The notes under the pieces are model-generated. The model was not told where the DNA came from and ran no database searches. It worked only from the letters and a program-made list of their open reading frames with translations. Shown here piece by piece: positions 10,398-20,740 of a stretch of DNA of 64,000 nt (positions within the stretch are counted from its first letter, which is position 1; every line of letters begins with the position of its first letter). The translations under genes were made by a program, and so were the position numbers. Source of the DNA: a virus (Duplodnaviria; Caudoviricetes); the IMG/VR virus record IMGVR_UViG_3300029288_000066, positions 128,001 to 192,000 of that record. The stretch is one strand, 5' to 3'.

Positions 10398-11267
10398 TTA
10401 TTTAAAAATTTTTTTTAATCTTATTAATTCTTTTATAACTTCTTCAGATTCTTTAGTTTTATGTTTGTTTTCAAATAATTCTATTTTTTTTAATAATTTT
10501 TTCAAACTTATTTGCGACTTTACACCCTTAGATTGATTTTTTATGTGTGGCACTAATCTACAATTCGCTGGATGTCTTATTATTATAGGATTTATTCCAA
10601 TTAAAAACCCATCTTTGACTGAAAAAACATGGTCTCTACTAACTCCTTTTAAATTATTCTTCTTATTTGTTGGACTATACCATCCGATTTCTTTAATAAG
10701 TTTTATATTAAATTCTTCTGGAAACATATTTAATGAAAATTTAAATTCACATTCTGCTCTGTAAAATTTATAATATTTTACCTTACATGATTCGCAAATT
10801 GTCTTAAACCCAAAAACTTCACCTCCTTTGCAAATTTTACAATATCTCATTTTTTTCTCCACGGGTTTCTTTTTATTTATTGCTTTTTTTATTTTTCTAC
10901 AATCCTCGCAAATTGCATTATTTAGAGAAGCTCTTTTGTTTATCAGAAGTTCTTTTTCACACTTCTTACAATAGGCCTTTTTTGTTTCTGAATAATTTAT
11001 TTTTCTCAGCTTATTGTTAAATGATGCTGAACAGGATTTAGAACAAAATATTTTATTTTCACTTTTCAAACTTTCAAAAATACTACCACAATTTTTACAA
11101 TTATTATGAACTTTACTTTCTTTTATTAAAGAAATTTTTAATCTGTGGAATTTTAACTGTACCGATTTTTTAGTTCTACCAATAGTTTTAGCTATTTCAT
11201 TACATGAAATATTGGATTTTGCCAACTCAACAATTTTATCTATTTCTTTTGTATCCCATTTTTTCAT
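10398..11267 (-). CDS. Zinc-finger HNH-type homing endonuclease inside tRNA operon
   Basis: Multiple CxxC/FCSKSC; RDH...HPANC...N. Confidence 0.7.
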   Translation of the reverse strand: MKKWDTKEIDKIVELAKSNISCNEIAKTIGRTKKSVQLKFHRLKISLIKESKVHNNCKNCGSIFESLKSENKIFCSKSCSASFNNKLRKINYSETKKAYCKKCEKELLINKRASLNNAICEDCRKIKKAINKKKPVEKKMRYCKICKGGEVFGFKTICESCKVKYYKFYRAECEFKFSLNMFPEEFNIKLIKEIGWYSPTNKKNNLKGVSRDHVFSVKDGFLIGINPIIIRHPANCRLVPHIKNQSKGVKSQISLKKLLKKIELFENKHKTKESEEVIKELIRLKKIFK

Positions 11268-11342
11268 ACTATTTTTATTTATAAATAGTATAAAAAAAGA
11301 GTATTACAACCTTTTCGAACCTAAATTTCAAAGAACTTTTTG

Positions 11343-11416
11343 TACTCTACCTCGGACTCGAACCGAGAAAATCATGAGCCTAAATCATGTGGATATACCA
11401 ATTCTCCTAGTAGAGT
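11343..11416 (-). tRNA. tRNA-Leu(TAG), short variable arm
   Basis: Loop TTTAGGC. Confidence 0.85.
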
Positions 11417-11421
11417 GTTTG

Positions 11422-11492
11422 AGGTCAGCAACGGAATCGAACCGTTCTATATGGGTTTGCAATCCACAACTTAACCAATCAGACAGCTGACC
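11422..11492 (-). tRNA. tRNA-Cys(GCA)
   Basis: Loop TTGCAAA, U73. Confidence 0.85.
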
Positions 11493-11501
11493 TTATTTTT
11501 G

Positions 11502-11590
11502 TACCCCAGGAGAGACTTGAACTCTCACGCTACTATTATTTCGCCTCGGATTTTAAGTCCGATATGTACTACCAATTTCATCACTGGGGC
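11502..11590 (-). tRNA. tRNA-Leu(TAA)
   Basis: Loop CTTAAAA, long variable arm. Confidence 0.9.
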
Positions 11591-11596
11591 ATAAAT

Positions 11597-11737
11597 AATC
11601 AAGGGAAAATTTGAAAAAGTGTAACCCTTTCGGGATGGCGGGATTTGAACCCGCAATGACCTTTCGGTCACCAGATTTTTAGTCTAGTGTCTGTACCAGT
11701 TCGACAACGAAGTAACTTTTTCGATTGCCACTTGATT
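11597..11737 (-). ncRNA. Scaffold RNA copy 1 (Y RNA-like stem, Leu-type tRNA-like insert)
   Basis: GTGGCAATCGAAAAAGTTACTTCG...ACTTTTTCAAATTTTCCC enclosing D-, anticodon, variable and T-arm elements. Confidence 0.7.
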
Positions 11738-11765
11738 TTATTTTCAATATTTTAAAGAACGATGT

Positions 11766-11806
11766 AAAAAGAAAAAGGGAGCTAGTTTTTCAACTGCTCC
11801 CTTTTT
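11766..11806 (-). terminator. Attenuator terminator of Leu/Cys tRNA operon
   Basis: AAAAAGGGAGC..GCTCCCTTTTTCTTTTT hairpin; 5' arm complementary to CAATTGCTCCC in leader. Confidence 0.85.
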
Positions 11807-11826
11807 AAGTTTGGTTTATCTCGCAT

Positions 11827-11907
11827 TTACGCAAAATCATACCACGTCAACTTGCTTTGGGAGCAATTGGCTAGTAAGAGGCATAAACACAAAGATATAG
11901 TTTTCAT
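11827..11907 (-). CDS. Leu/Cys attenuation leader peptide MKTISLCLCLLLANCSQSKLTWYDFA
   Basis: 26 aa ORF between promoter and terminator; LCLCLLL run matches downstream tRNAs. Confidence 0.85.
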   Translation of the reverse strand: MKTISLCLCLLLANCSQSKLTWYDFA

Positions 11908-11940
11908 AATATATTTCTTTCTATTAAATAGTTCAATTTT

Positions 11941-11992
11941 TTACTTTCTACGCAAAGATACAAAAAAAGTTACATTAAATGCAAGTTTTTTT
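11941..11992 (-). promoter_or_regulatory. Composite promoter of tRNA operon (TTGC...TATCTTTG plus GTAAC-N16-CGTA)
   Basis: Near-identical copies at ~27560-27610 and ~49835-49885. Confidence 0.75.
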
Positions 11993-11995
11993 CAT

Positions 11996-12607
11996 TTATT
12001 TTTTAAATAGCTGATTTACAATCTCTTCTTTTATTATATTTTTAATGATTTTTCTAGCCTCTTCAGTATTTCCATTTTTTTCTACACTTATAATCTCTAC
12101 ATTTTCTGGATTATAAACTATACAGTGATAAACTTTATCAACATCATTGAACTCGAACCCTTTTTTATATAATAACATAGCATCATAGCCCAACTTGCTC
12201 ATTGCACGCATAAACGCCTGGGGTGCTCCGTTATATTGTTCTACCCTTAAAGAGTGCCACACCTCATCCTCTGTATCACTATATTTTATTGCTTCATTTA
12301 TAGCCATTAACTTATCTGTTTCTATATCAGAACTCCAATTATTCGCATAATCTTCATCACTTATCATATCAAGAAACTTCTTCAAATCTCTTCTGTTTGC
12401 TTTAGAAGCGGACTTCATATTTGTTATTACTTTTCTTGGAGCTAAATTCACAGTATATGTAAGTTTTCCCCACATTGCAGCATTTTCTTTAGAATTTGTA
12501 AAATATATTCCAGGACCTTCAGCGTCAGGGACTCCAATTTTCCCTGCAAACTCATCTGAGAACTTCTCTATTTTAGAATTTGAACCGTGATAAAAGACTC
12601 CATTCAT
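11996..12607 (-). CDS. ADP-ribosyltransferase-fold protein
   Basis: FYHGS...GPGIYFT...GYDA; C-terminal EARKIIKNIIKEEI. Confidence 0.6.
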   Translation of the reverse strand: MNGVFYHGSNSKIEKFSDEFAGKIGVPDAEGPGIYFTNSKENAAMWGKLTYTVNLAPRKVITNMKSASKANRRDLKKFLDMISDEDYANNWSSDIETDKLMAINEAIKYSDTEDEVWHSLRVEQYNGAPQAFMRAMSKLGYDAMLLYKKGFEFNDVDKVYHCIVYNPENVEIISVEKNGNTEEARKIIKNIIKEEIVNQLFKK

Positions 12608-12689
12608 TTAAACTAATTTTTAATATAAATATCAAAAAATTTTTTTAAAAAACAATATTTTTTTTCTATTTATAAAAAACTATAAAGCC

Positions 12690-15600
12690 ATGTTAATAAA
12701 AAACAATAAAGCACACGCAGCAACTTTTTATTATAAAGTTGGGGGAAAAATCTTTCATGTTAAAATTCCTGGATACGTAACAGTTGAAATTCCAGATTTA
12801 ACAAGTACTTCTCAAATTGTATCAAACACTTCTGACCGTAGAATAAGACACATAGAGGATAAATTTGGATATAACTTTGAGACTACTTTTGAGGAACCGA
12901 ATGACCCAGATTTTCCAACATTTTCTATCGTTTCGTCAACATCATCGTTGGGTACAATCCATCCACTTGGAACAAGTAAAATTGCACAAGGAGAAAGTGT
13001 TACTTATACAATGACACCATCAACCTTAGAGTCCTTTCAATTAACTGCTGCTACCACTTATCCAGCATATGGAATAATTAGTCCCAGTGGAAGCTCTTTA
13101 AATGCATCTGGATGCTGTTACTTAAGTGCGTTTGTAGTAGATGGAGCAAGCGCTATAAGTGCTATTACTGGTAATCTTAGTGCAGCTACAACATATCAAT
13201 TCGCTCACGTATTTGCAACACACACAATTGCTTCTACTTTTTACTTGGCACAAAACACATTGTTTACAATGACACCAACAGCAGCTCCTGAATATAGAGT
13301 GTCAGCACATACTACAAATGAACCTTGTGGAACGCTATCTCCAAGTGGGAGCACTGTATATACATCGAATTTTTACTATCTACGTAGCTTTTTAATTGAT
13401 GGTTCGGAAAAAGTCAGTGACGTTACTGGAACAACAAGTGGAGTAACAACTTATTTGTTACATCCAGACACAAACCATTATATAAATCCAATTTTTTCAT
13501 ACGTGCAAGACGTGCCAAGATTCTCAATGACGCCCACAGCCACTGGATATTTAATAACTGCACATACAACAAATCCAAATTATGGGTCTATTACCCCAAG
13601 TGGAAGCTCAATTGGAACACTAAATTATAATTACCTTTCAAGCCTTCTCATTGATTCAGTTGAACAAATCAGTGGAATTACAGGGAATCCTACCGCATCT
13701 ACTCTTTATAATTTATCTATTGATAAAAGCTATGACTTTAATCCAGTATTTAGCCAAGTTCAAACTATTAAAAACTTTACATTGGCACCAACAGCAGCTC
13801 CTGGATACACTTTGTCTGCATGGTCTACAAACCAATCTTTAGGAGCTATTTCGCCAAGTGGAAGTACAATATATACATCAAACTTCTATTATCTATCAAG
13901 CCTTTTTGTTGATGCTGTTCAGAGGATTGCTAATGTTACTGGGACAACAAGCGCTAATACAACTTATGATTTAGCTGTTACAACAAACCACGATGTTAAC
14001 CCAACCTTTAGCTATTCTAGTGATACCAAAACGTTCACAATAACGCCAACAGCGGCTCCTGGATATTTATTAAATGTTCACACAACAGGCACAGCAGATG
14101 GTTCTATTACACCAAGCGGAAGTTCCGTTGGCACAGCAAACTATTATTATTTATCAAGTTTCTTGTTAGATTCAACTGAACAAATTAGTGGAATTACAGG
14201 GACAGCTCCATATAGCTCAACTTCAACTTATGATTTAACCGTTTCTGCAGCACATAAAGTTAATCCTGTATTCACTCAATTCTTAGATACCAAAACTTTC
14301 ACATTAAGCTCAGCTGCCACATTCTTAGTATCGGCTGTAACTTTAGGAAACTCTGGAGGTACAATAACTCCAAGTGGAATGTCAATAACAGCAGATGCTT
14401 ATTTACGCAACTTCTTTGTTGATGGTGATGATAAAGTAGCTCAAATTCCTGGAACAACTTATAACTTGACAGTAACAGGAAATAATGACGTCAATCCTGT
14501 GTTTAGTAGAAACAACACTACCATTACGATGACGCCAGAACGTTATTTTGCAGTAACATCATTTACATTAGATGGTGTAAGCAAAATTGGCGACATTGTG
14601 TCAAATGTTTATACAGGAATAAGCACATCTGGTTTAGTAGAAGTTTTGTTCTCTGAATATGTTCACTGGGAAGAAATGGATAGCTCGCTCAATGGAAGAG
14701 TTTACACCATTCAATTTAGCGGAAGCGATTTATACATTGGAGGAGCATTCTATGATACTATGATGATAGTCAACATGCCAAACAATATCGGAAAATGGAA
14801 CGGAACAAGATTTGTAAACGTCGGAGATTCATCTTCCTTTGGAGCACAATTCGGAATTGTTTATTCTATAGCATTTTCTGGAACAGATGTGTATGCAGCA
14901 GTATCTGATGCTAGTAGCAATTATTATGTTTCCAAATATGATGGAGCAAGTTGGACAAAGTTGGGTGGAAATTTTAATAATCCTGTTCGTGCTATTACTT
15001 TTTCTGGAACTGCCCTGTATGCAGGTGGTGGTTTTACCGCTAACGATGCGACTGCAATGACTGGACTATCTAGATGGGATGGAGCAAGTTGGTCAGAGGT
15101 CGGAGGCGGACTTTTAAATATTTCAGAAGGCGCACAAACTGTTTATTGTTTAGCTGTTTCTGGAACTAATTTATATGTTGGGGGAGACTTTACGACTGCT
15201 AATGGTACAACCACTTCTGCTAGAGGACTTGTTAAATGGGATGGAGAAAATTGGAGCGAAATTGGAAGTGGAGTAACAGTTGGATATACTCCAAAAGTTA
15301 TATGCATGGAACTTGCTAATGACAATATATATGTTGGAGGGACATTTATATCTGTTAGTGGTGGAACAATCGGCATAAGTGGAATTACCAAATGGGACGG
15401 AGTTAAGTGGAACGCAATTGGAGAAGGTATAGCAGCAGAAGCCCAAGTTTCGTCTATAAGAGTTAAAGGAACCGATGTATATGCTGGAGGTTATTTTACA
15501 AGAGTTAGTGGGACAACAATTCCAGTTAATTACCTTGCTAAGTTTGATGGTTCTAATTGGAGTGGTGTTGGTGACGGTACTGGTGGATTTATTGAAAACG

Positions 15601-15707
15601 GTGCAATGGCAATTTATAGCAATAGCTTGTATGTTGGAGGAGAATTTACGACAGTCAGTGCAACAACAATTGCAGCAAAATACCTAGCAAAATACAGGCC
15701 TATTTAA
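12690..15707 (+). CDS. Large repeat-rich structural/adhesin protein
   Basis: Ser/Thr-rich ~88 aa repeats (TMTPTA...GxIxPSGS...YLSS) plus C-terminal YxGGxF/WDG propeller-like repeats. Confidence 0.7.
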   Translation: MLIKNNKAHAATFYYKVGGKIFHVKIPGYVTVEIPDLTSTSQIVSNTSDRRIRHIEDKFGYNFETTFEEPNDPDFPTFSIVSSTSSLGTIHPLGTSKIAQGESVTYTMTPSTLESFQLTAATTYPAYGIISPSGSSLNASGCCYLSAFVVDGASAISAITGNLSAATTYQFAHVFATHTIASTFYLAQNTLFTMTPTAAPEYRVSAHTTNEPCGTLSPSGSTVYTSNFYYLRSFLIDGSEKVSDVTGTTSGVTTYLLHPDTNHYINPIFSYVQDVPRFSMTPTATGYLITAHTTNPNYGSITPSGSSIGTLNYNYLSSLLIDSVEQISGITGNPTASTLYNLSIDKSYDFNPVFSQVQTIKNFTLAPTAAPGYTLSAWSTNQSLGAISPSGSTIYTSNFYYLSSLFVDAVQRIANVTGTTSANTTYDLAVTTNHDVNPTFSYSSDTKTFTITPTAAPGYLLNVHTTGTADGSITPSGSSVGTANYYYLSSFLLDSTEQISGITGTAPYSSTSTYDLTVSAAHKVNPVFTQFLDTKTFTLSSAATFLVSAVTLGNSGGTITPSGMSITADAYLRNFFVDGDDKVAQIPGTTYNLTVTGNNDVNPVFSRNNTTITMTPERYFAVTSFTLDGVSKIGDIVSNVYTGISTSGLVEVLFSEYVHWEEMDSSLNGRVYTIQFSGSDLYIGGAFYDTMMIVNMPNNIGKWNGTRFVNVGDSSSFGAQFGIVYSIAFSGTDVYAAVSDASSNYYVSKYDGASWTKLGGNFNNPVRAITFSGTALYAGGGFTANDATAMTGLSRWDGASWSEVGGGLLNISEGAQTVYCLAVSGTNLYVGGDFTTANGTTTSARGLVKWDGENWSEIGSGVTVGYTPKVICMELANDNIYVGGTFISVSGGTIGISGITKWDGVKWNAIGEGIAAEAQVSSIRVKGTDVYAGGYFTRVSGTTIPVNYLAKFDGSNWSGVGDGTGGFIENGAMAIYSNSLYVGGEFTTVSATTIAAKYLAKYRPI

Positions 15708-15965
15708 TCAAGAACATCAACAAATAAAAAGGGACTTCACAGTCCCTTTTTTACATCTTGCACTTAAAGTAAATGAATGCCCAAACCGTCCAAACAAAAC
15801 TGACCAAAGCAATAGTTAAACAAATAGAAAATGACGGATGTGGGTTGCTTTTACACATTTCCGCTCCAAAAAAACCAACAGCAAATCCTGGAATTATAAA
15901 AGCCGCTTCTAGTACATCTTTAAAAGCATTTCTCTTAAATAAAAAATCTATAATCTTTTTCATGT

Positions 15966-16598
15966 TTACACTTTCTCAAATTGATTCTTATAATACTCTA
16001 TACAACTTTTTACATCTTCGGTCACATCCCTTTTGTCATCACTATAAATTCTACGCACATCAATTCCTGAAAACGAAAGTTTATAGTGAACATATTCTGG
16101 CGCATTTTGCTTATTTAATATCTTTTCCATAAATTCTTTTGTCATCCCTTCTCTTCTCATAATTCTTTCTTTTCTTATTTCCAAAGGAGCTTCAACAAAA
16201 ATAGCAAACTCAAAGATTTTATGGAATCTACTCTCTGTAAGAATAGCACTTTCCATCATAACAAATGGAAAATTTTCTTTATGTATTTTATCAGACTTCC
16301 AATCCAGAAATTCTTTTAAAACTGCTGGGTAGACAATATCCTCAATAAAATTTGCATTCTTTTTGTCTGAAAACAACATGTTTCCCAGACGCCTTCTATC
16401 CAACTCTCCATTGTTATAAATATCGCTTCCAAATAAATCACAAAAACTATCAACAACTTTTGAATCTTTGTTCATTATTTTCTTGGCACAATCATCCGTG
16501 TTAAAAACTGGAATCTCATTTTTTTCAAAAATTCTGGAAATAAAAGTCTTTCCACTTCCAACTCCACCCGTTATTGCAACCATTCTGTCAAAAATCAT
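15966..16598 (-). CDS. coaE: Dephospho-CoA kinase
   Basis: AITGGVGSGKT, D-x-AK, LDRRRLG, ESAIL motifs. Confidence 0.9.
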   Translation of the reverse strand: MIFDRMVAITGGVGSGKTFISRIFEKNEIPVFNTDDCAKKIMNKDSKVVDSFCDLFGSDIYNNGELDRRRLGNMLFSDKKNANFIEDIVYPAVLKEFLDWKSDKIHKENFPFVMMESAILTESRFHKIFEFAIFVEAPLEIRKERIMRREGMTKEFMEKILNKQNAPEYVHYKLSFSGIDVRRIYSDDKRDVTEDVKSCIEYYKNQFEKV

Positions 16599-17479
16599 AT
16601 TTTAATCTCCTGCAGATTAAAACTACTTGGATAAATCTTCATATCTTTTGCATCCAGAAATTTTGACATGATTTCAGGCTCATACAGCGATATTTTTATG
16701 TTATGGCCACCTTTCAGCAGGTAAGGATAGAAATTGGCGCCAAATGCAATCTTATTCTGTTTCTCTGGCAATTTTTGAATGAGGTATTCCCAGTCAATAT
16801 CTTTTTGTTCTGCCCTTCCCTGATTTCCATAAGGCAATAAAACAAAATAATCAATCTTGTCTTTCCAAGAACCATAAATTTCTGCAAAGTAATCAATAGA
16901 TTCTTTGTCTGAAATGATAATGTGAAAATTTAGCCTTATACCTTGTTTACAATATAATCGTGCCGCACCTTCCCAATACCTTTTTAAATGCGGATGACAG
17001 CTAATTGCAACCCCACCACAATATTTCTTCGTAGCATTTAATATACGTGTTTGTTTATCGTTTACAAAAATTGTATCAATAAACATCCCATTTGTGGTAT
17101 AGTTCGGACAAATGTCAAATTCTTCTTTGAGCATTCTTAAGAGCTTAATAAAGTCTGGATGAGAAGTTGGCTCACCACCCCCTAATGCAACCTGAAAAGG
17201 CAAGCTTTCCTTCGGCATTGAGTTAAAAAAGGTGCGAATCTTTTCTACAACATTTTCATTGTGGGCACCTGGCTTGCTATCCATATAACAATATGGACAT
17301 TTTCCCTCACAATTCTCAGTGACTTTTACATCATAAAACTCAGGATACTTAAGTTCCGTGATTGGTTTTGAGGGGTTGATGGCAAATCTCAATGTTTTGC
17401 CACCACACCAGATTGCTCTGTAGTTAGCAGAATCCTCTCTCCTGGTTTTAATTCCAGGGACTTCCATTTCTTTATTCAT
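16595..17479 (-). CDS. Radical SAM protein
   Basis: CEGKCPYC, GGGEP, TTNG. Confidence 0.9.
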   Translation of the reverse strand: MNKEMEVPGIKTRREDSANYRAIWCGGKTLRFAINPSKPITELKYPEFYDVKVTENCEGKCPYCYMDSKPGAHNENVVEKIRTFFNSMPKESLPFQVALGGGEPTSHPDFIKLLRMLKEEFDICPNYTTNGMFIDTIFVNDKQTRILNATKKYCGGVAISCHPHLKRYWEGAARLYCKQGIRLNFHIIISDKESIDYFAEIYGSWKDKIDYFVLLPYGNQGRAEQKDIDWEYLIQKLPEKQNKIAFGANFYPYLLKGGHNIKISLYEPEIMSKFLDAKDMKIYPSSFNLQEIKI

Positions 17480-17816
17480 CTTTATATTTAAGATTAAGCA
17501 CTGTAAAAAATTTCTCCATGATACCCATCAATATGTTATCATTTTGGTCTATCCGACAAACATACACTTGACTAAAATCAATATCTTCTGGCATGATATA
17601 ATCATCCTTACAACTAGAATCTTCCCAGCTGCTTATTGTTGTTTCATTACAATTACCAGCTTCTTTTTTAATGAATTCAAACATTTCTTTAAGAATTCCT
17701 TCTGCTTTCGAAGTGTCAACAATAAATAATTCTGTTGAACTGTTTGTAATCAAATCTACAACACTGTGTAGTTTGATGATGACTATGTTTTTCTTATCCA
17801 TCTCTTGTTGCCTCAT
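17472..17816 (-). CDS. HSxVDxITNSS-motif protein 1
   Basis: KLHSVVDLITNSSTELF. Confidence 0.75.
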   Translation of the reverse strand: MRQQEMDKKNIVIIKLHSVVDLITNSSTELFIVDTSKAEGILKEMFEFIKKEAGNCNETTISSWEDSSCKDDYIMPEDIDFSQVYVCRIDQNDNILMGIMEKFFTVLNLKYKDE

Positions 17817-18270
17817 GGTTTGTTGAATAAAGATATTTTAAAAGTCTGTTTGCTAACTCTGAATACTTTTCATCTTTCGGAAGAAGTTCTAAAGCTGTTG
17901 GATAAGGATAATATTCATAATAACCCTCGCTTTCTTCCGCATTAATCATCCATTCCGGCTTCTCTATTTCTTTTTTAAGAACCTTGAGTTTGGTTTCATT
18001 TATAAAGGCGTCGCTATCCTCTACATCTTCTGGAAATCCAAATTTATTTTCTTCGTCATCTTCATCTTTATAATGATAATTTTTCTTTAAGAAAACATCA
18101 GCATAAAACAAATCATCAAAAGTTTTATCTTCAATACCGAAGATTTTTAACATTTCATTTACAAGCTGCTTTACCGCTTCAATACTTCCCTCACTGTACG
18201 TGAAGATAACTGTGCTCGAATTTGTAATCAAATCCACTGAGCTGTGCAAAATAACTTTAATTGGTTTCAT
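17794..18270 (-). CDS. HSxVDxITNSS-motif protein 2
   Basis: ILHSSVDLITNSSTVIF. Confidence 0.75.
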   Translation of the reverse strand: MKPIKVILHSSVDLITNSSTVIFTYSEGSIEAVKQLVNEMLKIFGIEDKTFDDLFYADVFLKKNYHYKDEDDEENKFGFPEDVEDSDAFINETKLKVLKKEIEKPEWMINAEESEGYYEYYPYPTALELLPKDEKYSELANRLLKYLYSTNHEATRDG

Positions 18271-18295
18271 AGACTTATATTGGTTTTAGTTTTTT

Positions 18296-18613
18296 TTAAT
18301 CTGTATATTGTTTGTAAATTTCAAACTTTTCTTTTATTTTTTCTTTTATTGCCCTGCAAGGTTCATGATTAATTTCATAATCATACCAAATTCCATAAAC
18401 GCCCTCAATAGTATTTCCTTTTTCATCCTCCGCCTCATATACAGAAAAACTAACGGCATCACATCCGAACTCTTCCAATATCGCTGACAACGCAGAATAT
18501 AAAACATCTTTTCCCTTTGCCTTCACAGAGCAAAAAATTTCCGAGGAACTATTTGTGATTATATCAACAAACGAATGCGGCTTTACTTCAAATAATAATT
18601 TTCCTTTTTTCAT
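18296..18613 (-). CDS. HSxVDxITNSS-motif protein 3
   Basis: KPHSFVDIITNSSSEIF. Confidence 0.75.
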   Translation of the reverse strand: MKKGKLLFEVKPHSFVDIITNSSSEIFCSVKAKGKDVLYSALSAILEEFGCDAVSFSVYEAEDEKGNTIEGVYGIWYDYEINHEPCRAIKEKIKEKFEIYKQYTD

Positions 18614-18820
18614 TTAATATAATTTTTTAAATTTCAAAAACTTCTTCAATCCAAAAGTGATATTGGTTTTTTGTATTTTCCTTGTTGTAAAATTTTCCGC
18701 TAAAGCCGCTTCCATCTTTGTATATCACTTCAATCTTATTGTCAAGTCATTAAGCATTACATAATTTTGAGAGAAAAACTCATCTATGTGCAATACGTGA
18801 AATATTTTCATAATACAATT

Positions 18821-19486
18821 TTATCCTAAATGATAATTGCTACCGCTTAATTGACTATTGATAATATCCCAGATGTCATAAGGGATAGAGTTGTCATCGC
18901 TTCCTGTTATTATAACACAGCCATCCAGCTGTTTGACAAGAGTGCTATTATAGTGATATTCCCATGGTTTTTTCCACCAATCTGGTTTTGTTTTTTTCTT
19001 CTCAATTTCTTTATATATTCTTTCTACTTCTTTTTGACGACTTTGATAGTCGTATTCCCCATCTTTACCAAAAGAAGCCTCTTGAATCCCGCCTTGAAAA
19101 ATGCTTCCATCAGAAATCAAACACGCACGAGAATCACCATATTCAATATAATGTATACGAAGATTTCTTAAAGAATCTGAGTCTTCATCATCACTAAACC
19201 AACCTTCAATAGTATGAAATTTATTGTTCCAATCTTTTTCCTTGCTTTTCTTTTCGCTTTCTTTCCACCTTCTGAATTCCTTGAGGCTGAAAATATATGG
19301 TTCTTCAAACACGTCCATAGAATAACTTCCATCAGTCATCATATTGTAACCGCTGATAATCTTTTGCAAGACTTCCTTTACCATTTCAATAGTTTTCTCT
19401 GTATTACAAACAAATAATTCAGTTGAACTATTGGTAATTTCTGAGACAAAAGAATGAATTTTAATAGTACTAAACATTTTTCCCAT
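18821..19486 (-). CDS. HSxVDxITNSS-motif protein 4
   Basis: KIHSFVSEITNSSTELF; C-terminal DDNSIPY. Confidence 0.75.
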   Translation of the reverse strand: MGKMFSTIKIHSFVSEITNSSTELFVCNTEKTIEMVKEVLQKIISGYNMMTDGSYSMDVFEEPYIFSLKEFRRWKESEKKSKEKDWNNKFHTIEGWFSDDEDSDSLRNLRIHYIEYGDSRACLISDGSIFQGGIQEASFGKDGEYDYQSRQKEVERIYKEIEKKKTKPDWWKKPWEYHYNSTLVKQLDGCVIITGSDDNSIPYDIWDIINSQLSGSNYHLG

Positions 19487-19600
19487 ATTTATTTTTTTAA
19501 TTATACGTAATTTTATTTTAAAAGTTATAAAATTATTTGTTTAGTTTTCCTAGAATTGTTTTTATTGCTCAAAAATTAAAAACATAATTTATCTGTTTTT

Positions 19601-19843
19601 TTAAACTCCAAAAAAATTATTCGACATTCTTCCTGTGGAAACTGCTCTACTAATAGTGCTTGGTGCTCTATTTACGCTTTTTGAACCTTCTTCAAACGTA
19701 GAAAAAGAACAAATGTAATTTCCATCCTTATCATATTTATATACTTCTGTAGAACCCTTTTCTTTTACCGTCCCAATGTTTTGTTCATTATTCCCAAACC
19801 TCCATTGATTTCCGTTTGCAACTTTTGCTTTTCTGTTACACAC
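19601..19843 (-). pseudogene. NUMOD1-like homing endonuclease remnant
   Basis: VYKYDKDGNYICSFST...ISRA; no nuclease domain. Confidence 0.55.
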
Positions 19844-19878
19844 ATTCGATATCGTTACATAATCAGTGTGTGTCTTTT

Positions 19879-20688
19879 CTATGTATTCAATAGCTTTTTA
19901 TTTTCTTTAAACCACTTTTTAATTTGCGCCAATTTTTCTTTCTGTTTTGGCATCTCTTCCGACAATTCGTCAATAGACATTTCTTTGTTGAGAATTCCCA
20001 TAATATAGATGGTCTTCATATCTCGCCAGGAAAACATATCACTGGTATGATATTTTTTTACATCTTCAGATTTTACAAGCTCCATAAGCTCATTGAAGGT
20101 GTATCTTTTCATACCAATTCCCCTATCTCTATTCCATTTTTCTACAGCTTCTTTAATAGACTGTTCCTCATCAAATATACAAATCACTTCATTATTAGAG
20201 GTTGTTTCATAATGAAAAGTCCTTATAACATCTTCTTCTCTCATTCCCTGAGTAGCATTCGAAGATATAAACTCTTTTATCTCAACGGTTTTAATTCCTT
20301 CCGATAACAATTTGCATATTTCTGGCAAATCTCTTTTCCGAAATGTTGATAAATAGTTTAAACACTCAGCTTCATGTTTGGTTCCCCTCGAAATCCTAAT
20401 GTTGGATGCAATGATTTTTGCTCTTGGACATTTTGGCAAAGGTCCAAAACATTTTTCAATCGTATAATCAGTACCCATCATAAGGCCCCAATAAACATAC
20501 TCGTCTCCAGATTTTATTTCTTCATCACTCACAAGCAGAACTTGCTGAGGATACCACTCATCAACATCAATACTATTCGGAGAAATACAAATGTCGTATT
20601 CACCATGTCGAAAATTTCCCTTAAACTGAAGGACATCGCCAGCTTCAATTTCTTTTTTTATTGGAAACGCTATAAGACTATATTCCAT
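19879..20688 (-). CDS. Hypothetical protein (related to 20741..21451)
   Basis: Shared SDEEIKxGD...KIIASNI motif. Confidence 0.6.
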   Translation of the reverse strand: MEYSLIAFPIKKEIEAGDVLQFKGNFRHGEYDICISPNSIDVDEWYPQQVLLVSDEEIKSGDEYVYWGLMMGTDYTIEKCFGPLPKCPRAKIIASNIRISRGTKHEAECLNYLSTFRKRDLPEICKLLSEGIKTVEIKEFISSNATQGMREEDVIRTFHYETTSNNEVICIFDEEQSIKEAVEKWNRDRGIGMKRYTFNELMELVKSEDVKKYHTSDMFSWRDMKTIYIMGILNKEMSIDELSEEMPKQKEKLAQIKKWFKENKKLLNT

Positions 20689-20740
20689 TTTTTATGTATT
20701 TTTTCTTATACGAAAATAAATTTATTTTGTTATTCGTATG

